Source of the DNA: a virus
Lineage: Duplodnaviria > Caudoviricetes
Virus record (IMG/VR): IMGVR_UViG_3300037743_000136
Location: 1 to 51,963 of that record
Strand: one strand, 5' to 3'
DNA length: 51,963 nt
The notes under the pieces are model-generated. The model searched no databases. It was given only the letters and a program-made list of their open reading frames with translations, and was not told the DNA's origin. The position numbers were made by a program, and so were the translations under genes. Positions within the stretch are counted from its first letter, which is position 1; each line of letters starts with the position of its first letter. Positions 43,161 through 50,528 of this stretch are shown one piece after another.

Positions 43161-45008
43161 TTAGAACGCCGGAGAAAACTCCGATATTCCTGCAATCAAT
43201 TTCTGTTCGGCTCCGATTGTCGCCTGGACGTAAGAAGCCCGTAACAGCGCTTTATCTATCTGTTTTGCTAGCTCTGGGGTGTGGGCATAGTACCACGTCA
43301 GAACACCCTTTTTCTGACCGGATCGGTGCAGGCGCCCGAGCATTTGCTCCCAGTCCGTCGCCGACGCCGGCGGATGACCTACGAGCTGCCGGTGGAACTT
43401 GTACTGTAGGCCGTCCCTGCCCCTGCCGTGGCTCTTGATCGACGCCACGATCGAGCGGTCACCGAGCTCCCTGCCGATGCGCTCGCCGGCGTCCGGGCCC
43501 CCTGTGTGGAGTGGTAGCTCACCGATCTCCGCCACCCACAAGCCAAACGCGCGCTTGTCGTACCAGACGATCCCGGGCTCCTCGCGAGCCCATGCGGCGG
43601 CGTCTTCGGCGAGGTAGGGATGCAGCCGCACGGCTTCGGTGTCCGGGTCGCGGCCTTTGTTGACCAGCGGCTTCGCCTTGATCCAGCGCTGGAAATGCTC
43701 CGATCTCCAATGAGGCAACGGCTCTTCGGATTTCTCCGTTGGAGCGTACCAGAGATCCTTCTTACCGTCCCTCGGGTTGGCGTGAGCTCGAGCGGCGGCG
43801 CGGGCGACCAGGTCAGGCGAGTCTAGATGCGGCCGGGGTCGCTGCAGCATGTCCCGCACTTCCCGCCGCCATGACTTCCGAGCCGCGAGCCACTCTTCGA
43901 TCTGCGCCTTGGTCTCGCCGTTCCTGAACCGCCACCGGTAATAGAATCCGCAGGCAGCTTGCGCGGAAATGCGGAAGAATGAGAGCGGATCGACGATAGG
44001 GTCACCGTCTGGCCGCTCCCACTCATCGCGGATTTTCTTCAGTGCTTCGGCGACCACGGCGGGGATCGTCGGCGCTGGACGCTCCTCGATGACCAGTGAC
44101 ACGTCGACCTGCTTCTTGGTGCTCGTGACCACACCCGGGGTCTCCGTGAGTCTTCGGTGAATGGCTGAATGAATCGTCTCGGCGCCTTCCATCAGGGCTT
44201 TGAGAGCTCCAGGGGGCGCCAGGAATTCGGCCGGGTCGATCGCCTTCGCCCAGTCCTCGACTACCTCAGGGTTCATTGGCAACGGAGAACCGAACTTTAG
44301 CGCCATAGCGCTGAGATGATAATAGTCCCGGATCGAGCTGTCGGTCAGAGATCCCGACCAGCCACAGAACCGGGTTTCTTCGTGGTCGGCGAAGTAGCGC
44401 GTTACTCGCCGTGTCCGTACCGCGGTGGCGTTGCGAATGCAGTCGCACTCGTCGGCGATGATGGTGTCCGGCCGCAGACTCTCGAGAAACACGGTCGCAT
44501 CGGCGCGCGAGAGCCGCTCGTAACTCATGACGTGGAGCACAGGAGCGCCGGGGACCCTGGCACGCCAGTCTCTTCCCTGAATGACCATTTCAGGGACGGC
44601 GAAGTGCTCCCTGACCAGTCTGTATTCGAGAATGATTTGATTGATGAGCTTCGCCGGCAGAAGCAGGAGCGCAGTCTTGCAATCCCGCATCGCCAGCGGC
44701 GTCAGAATGTCGAGGATCGTTTTTCCGTCGCCGACGTTGATCGGTCCGAGAAGTCCCTGACGGAGCCCTATCTCATAGAGTGCCCAAGCCTGGGTAAGTC
44801 GCAGTCGCTCGATACAGGGCCGTCCGGGGCTGATCTCGGCGCACTGACATGACGGGTTGTCGATGGCGTAGCGCTCGGTGATCAGCTCGATAAGCGCCTC
44901 GCCGGTGAGGTGGTCGGGCTTCGGCCGGCGCGGGAGTGCCAGGATTCTCTTTAGATCTTTGCTAGGTAAGACTGGCGGCTTGCACCATTGATCGCGAGCG
45001 TTGTACAC
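43161..45008 (-). CDS. Superfamily 2 helicase
   Basis: VGDGKT, SYERL, IIADECD, SGS, GRDGLQ, WEQMLGRLHRSGQ. Confidence 0.85.
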   Translation of the reverse strand: MYNARDQWCKPPVLPSKDLKRILALPRRPKPDHLTGEALIELITERYAIDNPSCQCAEISPGRPCIERLRLTQAWALYEIGLRQGLLGPINVGDGKTILDILTPLAMRDCKTALLLLPAKLINQIILEYRLVREHFAVPEMVIQGRDWRARVPGAPVLHVMSYERLSRADATVFLESLRPDTIIADECDCIRNATAVRTRRVTRYFADHEETRFCGWSGSLTDSSIRDYYHLSAMALKFGSPLPMNPEVVEDWAKAIDPAEFLAPPGALKALMEGAETIHSAIHRRLTETPGVVTSTKKQVDVSLVIEERPAPTIPAVVAEALKKIRDEWERPDGDPIVDPLSFFRISAQAACGFYYRWRFRNGETKAQIEEWLAARKSWRREVRDMLQRPRPHLDSPDLVARAAARAHANPRDGKKDLWYAPTEKSEEPLPHWRSEHFQRWIKAKPLVNKGRDPDTEAVRLHPYLAEDAAAWAREEPGIVWYDKRAFGLWVAEIGELPLHTGGPDAGERIGRELGDRSIVASIKSHGRGRDGLQYKFHRQLVGHPPASATDWEQMLGRLHRSGQKKGVLTWYYAHTPELAKQIDKALLRASYVQATIGAEQKLIAGISEFSPAF

Positions 45009-45012
45009 GAAG

Positions 45013-45303
45013 CTAGCCGCCGCGACGGTCTAGAGATGTCTGGACGGGATCAGTAGGGCACTCGACAAACCAGTACGTCGACCCGCTTTTGGTGCAGAAT
45101 TCCCACGTAGGCCACCTGCCGCGCTCGAATCCTGTAGCGTTTTTCCAGTCAGGATATTTGCGGCGCGAGAAGCTGGTAACTTTGCTCGTCACTATCAACC
45201 CGCCTGAGTCGTCGTAGAACAGGAAGCGCGATCCAACGGTCGGGGCTTCCCATGACTTTCCGGTGACGGTTTCCCCGCCCTCTTTGGTCAGGGTACCGGT
45301 CAC
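45013..45303 (-). CDS. Hypothetical protein
   Basis: PTVGSRF...IVTSKV...TKSGSTY; GTGA coupling. Confidence 0.6.
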   Translation of the reverse strand: MTGTLTKEGGETVTGKSWEAPTVGSRFLFYDDSGGLIVTSKVTSFSRRKYPDWKNATGFERGRWPTWEFCTKSGSTYWFVECPTDPVQTSLDRRGG

Positions 45304-45575
45304 AGCGGCTTCGCTCCGGGCTGAGCGGTCGGCTCGTCTCCCCAGACCTCTTGACGAGTCTCACGGATCTTGGCTAGCCACTCGTCGTCTGACAGATGAC
45401 TCGATCCGGTGCCAGGATCGGTCACGTCGATGGCGTCCCGAATCAGTCGAGCGATGTTGACCGCCTTCGTGGCGATCTGAGCGTCGGACACTCTCTCGGC
45501 CAAGATCCTGTTTCTCGCGTAACCACTCGTCACGAGTTTCGTCGCCATCAGGGCGATTAGTTCCCGGTCGGTCAC
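45300..45575 (-). CDS. Hypothetical protein (GAKPL cassette 3)
   Basis: N-terminal domain paralogous to 45994..46362. Confidence 0.65.
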   Translation of the reverse strand: MTDRELIALMATKLVTSGYARNRILAERVSDAQIATKAVNIARLIRDAIDVTDPGTGSSHLSDDEWLAKIRETRQEVWGDEPTAQPGAKPL

Positions 45576-45997
45576 AGCGGCTTCGCCCCGGCGCGGATGA
45601 TCACTAGGTGCGAGTTGACATCGATGATGTCATAGACACTAAATAACAGTTTGTTCACGCACCCAGGTTCTCTCTCTGGGTGTTTTGCGAAACTCCAGTG
45701 ACCCGCTCCCGCATCTCTTACCAGACCGTAACGGAGAACAGCGTCCCGATCCTTGTACCAAACCTCAACAGTCTCGGGCTCCAATGCGGTCTCGGTAGTT
45801 TCCTCGGTCTTCCAGCTCAGGCAGACCGGGAGATCGTCGAATAGGTTAAGGACGCAGTTCGAGTAATCCCCGCCGCCGGGGACGTGGATCCAGATACGAG
45901 TGTTGGCCGGCGCGAGCTTCAGGGCCTCGAGGAGCTCCTCGCGAGTCTTGCACTCGGCGCGGTGCTCGGTGACGGTTCGTCGGGTGGCGGTGATCAT
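45572..45997 (-). CDS. Hypothetical protein (GAKPL cassette 2)
   Basis: C-terminal domain paralogous to 45994..46362. Confidence 0.65.
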   Translation of the reverse strand: MITATRRTVTEHRAECKTREELLEALKLAPANTRIWIHVPGGGDYSNCVLNLFDDLPVCLSWKTEETTETALEPETVEVWYKDRDAVLRYGLVRDAGAGHWSFAKHPEREPGCVNKLLFSVYDIIDVNSHLVIIRAGAKPL

Positions 45998-46362
45998 AGC
46001 GGCTTCGCTCCGGCGCGGATGAGGGTGCTGTCTCCGATCCGGTCTTTTACGTCGGACTCATGAAACGTGAAAGGTGTTTTGAAACAGCTGGTCGCGGGAG
46101 ATTTTTCGAACCACCACCCGCCCGATCCGTTGTCGCGGACCTCGCCATTTTCCAGAGCGTGATCCTCCCAGTACAGCGTGACTGTGTCCTCGGGTGGGGG
46201 TGGGATGCGCTCGTCAACCGCTTCCAGAATCCCCAGAGCGAGAATCAGCGCCTTCGATGCGATCTGCGCGTCAGTCGGGCTCTCCGACATGATCTGGTTT
46301 CTCGCGTAGCCGCTGGTGACGAAACTGACCGACATGGCGGCTAGCAGATCGCGGTCTTTCAT
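45994..46362 (-). CDS. Hypothetical protein (GAKPL cassette 1)
   Basis: Shares a domain with each of the next two genes. Confidence 0.65.
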   Translation of the reverse strand: MKDRDLLAAMSVSFVTSGYARNQIMSESPTDAQIASKALILALGILEAVDERIPPPPEDTVTLYWEDHALENGEVRDNGSGGWWFEKSPATSCFKTPFTFHESDVKDRIGDSTLIRAGAKPL

Positions 46363-48293
46363 CGCATCCCCCTGGTGTACCCGCCGGGGGCGCAGCGTGG
46401 GCGGATCGCTTCGGCGACCACGGAGGCGAACTCAGTGCGCGAGTCGATGACGTAAACGCCGGGCTCGAGCTCGGACTCGCGGACCAGGGCGGCGAGGGCG
46501 CCTTTCCACTTGCCGAACGCGAGCGGCGACTTCTCCGGCGCGCAGCGGATATCAGCCGCCCCGCAGTTCTCGGCGAGCTTGGCGGCGAGTTCATCGGCCC
46601 AGCGATCGAGGGACTTCGCCGGGACCTCTGGGTAGCAGTCCACGAAGACACGGATTCCGTCGTCGGAATACTGGACGATCTTGGCGTTGGCGGCGCTGTC
46701 TTTCAGCTTGCGCCACTTGTCAGCGTCTTTTCGCCATGCCTCGATCTCTTCGGCTGTGTGCGTGCCCTCGCCGACCGTCATAAAGACGGGGCCGGAGGGG
46801 GCGATCACTGTGTTTTTTCGCAGTCGCTCGATCTCAGCCTCGAGGACTTCGGCGGCGTTCTGGCGGTCTTTCTTCCCACATTTGCTCCCCTTGAGCAGCT
46901 CCAGAGCGGCGGCGACAGGGCTCTCGGCAGCGGCGCACGCTTCCGCCACGGCTTCCGGCGTCGAGTGACCTTTGACGGGGTCAGTCACGACATTCGCTGC
47001 CTTGCCGATCAGGACGGAGTCATGATCGTAGATCAGGATGGAATCACCGACGACCGGAGCGGGCGAGAACCCCTCGACTGGCTCGGCTGCGAGCTCCGGT
47101 TTGCTCTTCGGGGCGTCCGGGGGCAGGATGGCGGGAACGCCGGACATCGCCCGGATCTCCGGGGGGGTCGCCGAACCCTTGCCAGCCAACTCCTTCACCG
47201 AATCCTTGAAGCCGGGCTCCGGGTCGGGGACGTTGAGCTCCTGGGCGAGCTGCACGATCTCAACGGCCTGCGAGAGCGTCGCCTGCGCCAGGGTCCCATA
47301 AGGGGCGGGGGCGTTGTGCCAGCGGGCGGCGGCCTCGCCGGTGAGATTCGGGATGCCATGACCGGAGCGCACGATCTTGTCGACGGCGAGAACGAGTTCA
47401 CCGAAGGTCGGACCGTCAGGGATGTTGGCGGCGGCGGCCTCCGCGGCTTTCAGCTGGTCTTTGATGGCGGCGAGGCCGGGGATCTGTAGCAAGCTCATTG
47501 GTGTATCTCCTGTTAGGTGTGCTGCGCCGGCGGCGCCGAAGATGTCGACCAGAGTCTGGTCTCGGGATGTCGGGCAATACGTGGCGTGAGGGCAGCCGCC
47601 GTATGCTTTGCAGGATTTCGTATTCGCCGGAACCCGAGAACATTCTGACTCGCGGGCCCAGTCGATCATTGAACGCGCCACGCCTTCGACTCTATTCCAG
47701 CGACGAGAAATCTCTGACCGAGTGACGGCGATTGATTTCTTTTCTGACTTGCGAACCTTCGTCGAGAAATAGACGTGCGTCAGGCGGATCTCGGGGGCGC
47801 CGAAGTGTCTGGCGGCCCACTCCCCGTAAGCGATCATAGGGATCATGTCGGGGAGCTTGTTCGACGGCGTGGCGTAATCGAGGTTCCCGGTAAATTTCCA
47901 GTCTCGGATCTCGACGGACTTCGGCAGGCGAGGAATCACCAGGTCGATGTAGCCGACTACCGGAATCCCCGAGGCGGTCAGTTCCCCGTCGTCGATGGAG
48001 TGCTCGATCAACAGAGCCAAGTCTTGGTCGGGGATATAATGCCTTCCGGCGAGGATCGTCCGGTCGAGCGCCTTCTGTCCCGTGCGCAGGTAGTGCTCGA
48101 TCTGTCCGTGCCCGTTGATGCCAACGGCTTGACTCTTGGATGTCGGCTCCTTCTTTCCGGCGACTTTGTTGAACCACCAGCGACGCGGACAGCCCCCGTA
48201 TGACTCGGCGTCGGCGCTGGCGATCTGGCTGGGGCTGAGGTACTGGATAACGCCGTCGACGACGGCCTTGCCTCGAGTCCAGACTCTAGGCAC
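46359..48293 (-). CDS. PD-(D/E)XK (RecB/Cas4-like) nuclease with long C-terminal extension
   Basis: LSPSQI..GCPRRWW, IE, GYIDL, DWKF, CKAYGGCPH..YC; GTG start overlaps the upstream stop. Confidence 0.8.
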   Translation of the reverse strand: MPRVWTRGKAVVDGVIQYLSPSQIASADAESYGGCPRRWWFNKVAGKKEPTSKSQAVGINGHGQIEHYLRTGQKALDRTILAGRHYIPDQDLALLIEHSIDDGELTASGIPVVGYIDLVIPRLPKSVEIRDWKFTGNLDYATPSNKLPDMIPMIAYGEWAARHFGAPEIRLTHVYFSTKVRKSEKKSIAVTRSEISRRWNRVEGVARSMIDWARESECSRVPANTKSCKAYGGCPHATYCPTSRDQTLVDIFGAAGAAHLTGDTPMSLLQIPGLAAIKDQLKAAEAAAANIPDGPTFGELVLAVDKIVRSGHGIPNLTGEAAARWHNAPAPYGTLAQATLSQAVEIVQLAQELNVPDPEPGFKDSVKELAGKGSATPPEIRAMSGVPAILPPDAPKSKPELAAEPVEGFSPAPVVGDSILIYDHDSVLIGKAANVVTDPVKGHSTPEAVAEACAAAESPVAAALELLKGSKCGKKDRQNAAEVLEAEIERLRKNTVIAPSGPVFMTVGEGTHTAEEIEAWRKDADKWRKLKDSAANAKIVQYSDDGIRVFVDCYPEVPAKSLDRWADELAAKLAENCGAADIRCAPEKSPLAFGKWKGALAALVRESELEPGVYVIDSRTEFASVVAEAIRPRCAPGGYTRGMR

Positions 48294-48415
48294 TAAGGAC
48301 TCACCAATAGTGCGAAGACGAACGCACCGAGCGCAAACCCAAAGATCGTGCCGTAAAGGACCCCGAGCGCCATCGAGAGACGTCCGTATCGCACCCACTG
48401 ATCGACGTCGTTCAT
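48293..48415 (-). CDS. Small membrane protein
   Basis: Single hydrophobic helix. Confidence 0.5.
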   Translation of the reverse strand: MNDVDQWVRYGRLSMALGVLYGTIFGFALGAFVFALLVSP

Positions 48416-48657
48416 TGCCTGCCCTTCTTCACCACGGTCGTGTTGTGGATCTCCGCGGCGAGATCCTCGATGTCGTCTTCGAGGGCGCAGAACTCGCACT
48501 CAGGATCGTGTCCGCAGTTCTCACAGCGAGCAGAGTGACCGCGACACTTCCCGTAACGGACGACCAAATCGGTCGCCTTCTCTCCTCTGTCAGCCAGCTC
48601 GAGCAGACCTCGGAGGAACTCGTAGCGGGTCTGCCACGCCTGCGAGAAGCGGCTCAT
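48412..48657 (-). CDS. Cys-rich hypothetical protein
   Basis: CRGH..CENC..CEFC; ATGA coupling. Confidence 0.55.
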   Translation of the reverse strand: MSRFSQAWQTRYEFLRGLLELADRGEKATDLVVRYGKCRGHSARCENCGHDPECEFCALEDDIEDLAAEIHNTTVVKKGRQ

Positions 48658-49145
48658 TTGTGCTGCCCGGTGCCGTCGCCGTTCAGGTCCCACTCACGCG
48701 AGCGGTTGATCGCCATCTTGCGATCGATGGCTTCGTGGAGATCGAGACCGAACGCCCCTGCCAGAGCGTAGAGAACGATCACGACGTCGGCGGCTTCGTC
48801 GACGGCTTTGCTGGACATGTTCTCCGTCATCAGGTCTTCCAGCTCGCGCCACTCCTTGCGTGCGCGGCAGAAAGCATTGAGCGGTGTTACCGAGCCGAAC
48901 GTGTCTCTCTGCCACTCGGTAATCGTGCTCTGGTCCTCTCGAGTGCGACCGAATCGTTGGAACAGTTCCGACACGGTCAGTCGCTCACGCGAGAGGCTGT
49001 TGTGGAGTTTGGTGTTTACTTGATGGTATTCGGCGATCTCGTCGTCAGCCTCCTGGAACAGCGCTTCCACCTCTCGGGCTCGGGAGACGTCGAATACGCT
49101 TTTCCACTTGCGAAACCTCTCGCGAAAACTCTCGACGTAGCTCAC
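48654..49145 (-). CDS. MazG-like (DUF550/MazZ-type) nucleotide pyrophosphohydrolase
   Basis: EWQRDTFG...KEWREL...EAADVVI...KMAINRSREW. Confidence 0.8.
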   Translation of the reverse strand: MSYVESFRERFRKWKSVFDVSRAREVEALFQEADDEIAEYHQVNTKLHNSLSRERLTVSELFQRFGRTREDQSTITEWQRDTFGSVTPLNAFCRARKEWRELEDLMTENMSSKAVDEAADVVIVLYALAGAFGLDLHEAIDRKMAINRSREWDLNGDGTGQHK

Positions 49146-49744
49146 AGCAGCCCCCTGAAGCTCGTCGCCGCTCCGCCGCAGAGCTGCCCGTTAGAGCAGC
49201 GCCGGTAATGCGTCACGATGCCAACGAGAAACCCCCTCGAGTCATAGATCGCACCGCCGGAGTTACCAGGCTCAGTAATCGCCGAGTGCTTCATGTCGCC
49301 AGGCTTGGGTCCCCAGGATTCAACCCAGCCGCAGCGACGGACGCGATACGGCGACGCACCGACCAGACATACCCGGTCGTCGATCTTGGGCTTCGGTCCG
49401 TACTGCACCACCGACCCTTTGAGCTCGGGAACGTAGAGCTTCGCGATGTCCTCGGCTTCGTCGGCGACCAGGAGCTCCGCCTTGTACGTGTTACCCCGCC
49501 AGTCATCGATCGCGATCCCGAGCTTGCCGGGGCAATCGACGACGTGGTTCGCGGTGATGACGGTGAAGTCCTCGACGATGACCCCGCTCCCTCCCGCCAT
49601 GAACATTTGATCGCCCACAACGCAGATCGCTACGACCTTGACGGCTCCGGCGACTTGCTCCGCAGGCGTTCGGCCCGGCCGGGATTCCCCTGCACGCGGG
49701 TAGGCGCAGGAAACGACGAGAAGGAGAACGGTCAGAAGTTTCAT
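49142..49744 (-). CDS. Trypsin-like (S1) serine protease with lipoprotein signal peptide
   Basis: MKLLTVLLLVVSC; GSG, TANHVV, DIA, PGNSGG. Confidence 0.85.
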   Translation of the reverse strand: MKLLTVLLLVVSCAYPRAGESRPGRTPAEQVAGAVKVVAICVVGDQMFMAGGSGVIVEDFTVITANHVVDCPGKLGIAIDDWRGNTYKAELLVADEAEDIAKLYVPELKGSVVQYGPKPKIDDRVCLVGASPYRVRRCGWVESWGPKPGDMKHSAITEPGNSGGAIYDSRGFLVGIVTHYRRCSNGQLCGGAATSFRGLL

Positions 49745-49752
49745 AGTCAGAG

Positions 49753-49779
49753 AACGCCGGAGCCGTCAGAAATTATTCC
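49753..49779 (-). promoter_or_regulatory. ECF-sigma-type promoter (GGAAT-N19-GTT)
   Basis: Ends 8 nt before ATG 49744. Confidence 0.6.
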
Positions 49780-50528
49780 GACGACGCCTCGAGTTCTCTG
49801 ATAACCCAGCCAACGACCTCCGCGCACTGCGGAACGACCGAATTTCCTAGCGCTTTGAGACGGTCCACTCGATCGGGAACCCCATCATCCACTCCACATA
49901 CAGGGGGGACAGGAGGCCGCCAGCCCTCCCAAGAAACCCAACCGGAGCCGGGAGGCGTGCGCGCTTCGCCATCGTGTCCAGGCTCGGGCGCTCCTTGCCC
50001 ACCCGCCCCGCCGCGCCTCCCTTGTTCGACCCGTAGCGGCTCGCCGACGGCGTGGGCAATAAGAAAGACGCGCCGCCGTAGGTGAGGAGCCTCAACATTC
50101 GCCGCTGACAGAGGGAGCGGTAGCGTTTGGAAGCCGAGCTGTCCCAGGCCGGCGGTGACTTGATCGACCCAGCGCCGGGCGCCGGAGGCGACGTTCTCGA
50201 CGACGACCCACCGGGGGCGCAGCTCACCGATGACCCGGGCAAACTGAAACCACAGTCCCGAGCGCTCTCCAGCAAGGCCCGCGCCCTTGCCTGCGCCAGA
50301 GATGTCCTGGCAGGGGAAACCGCCACAGATGACATCGACGGGGCTAAGGTTGTGCTTTCCGACTGTGCAGACATCATCGAACCTTTCAACGTCAGGCCAG
50401 TGACGCTCGAGAATGAGACGGCAGAACTCCGATTGCTCGACCTGCCAAACCGTGTGCCCGAGCCCCGACCATTCGAGACCAAGTTCGAGCCCACCGATGC
50501 CGGAGAATAGCGAACCGATCCGCATCAT
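49773..50528 (-). CDS. DNA cytosine-5 methyltransferase (alpha polypeptide)
   Basis: FSGIGG, GFPCQD, ENV, RRRVF, LGNSVV. Confidence 0.92.
   Translation of the reverse strand: MMRIGSLFSGIGGLELGLEWSGLGHTVWQVEQSEFCRLILERHWPDVERFDDVCTVGKHNLSPVDVICGGFPCQDISGAGKGAGLAGERSGLWFQFARVIGELRPRWVVVENVASGARRWVDQVTAGLGQLGFQTLPLPLSAANVEAPHLRRRVFLIAHAVGEPLRVEQGRRGGAGGQGAPEPGHDGEARTPPGSGWVSWEGWRPPVPPVCGVDDGVPDRVDRLKALGNSVVPQCAEVVGWVIRELEASSE
49847..50335 (-). CDS. Alternative-frame beta polypeptide of the C5 MTase (start uncertain; 50098 also possible)
   Basis: LLPTPSAS...LSPLYVEWMMGFPIEWT, motif-IX-like, nested in the alpha gene. Confidence 0.65.
   Translation of the reverse strand: MSSVAVSPARTSLAQARARALLESARDCGFSLPGSSVSCAPGGSSSRTSPPAPGAGSIKSPPAWDSSASKRYRSLCQRRMLRLLTYGGASFLLPTPSASRYGSNKGGAAGRVGKERPSLDTMAKRARLPAPVGFLGRAGGLLSPLYVEWMMGFPIEWTVSKR

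Noticed and set aside
47499-48293. Cas4 of a CRISPR system
   Set aside because: Solo PD-(D/E)XK nucleases are routine in phage replication modules; no cas1/cas2 or array is present.
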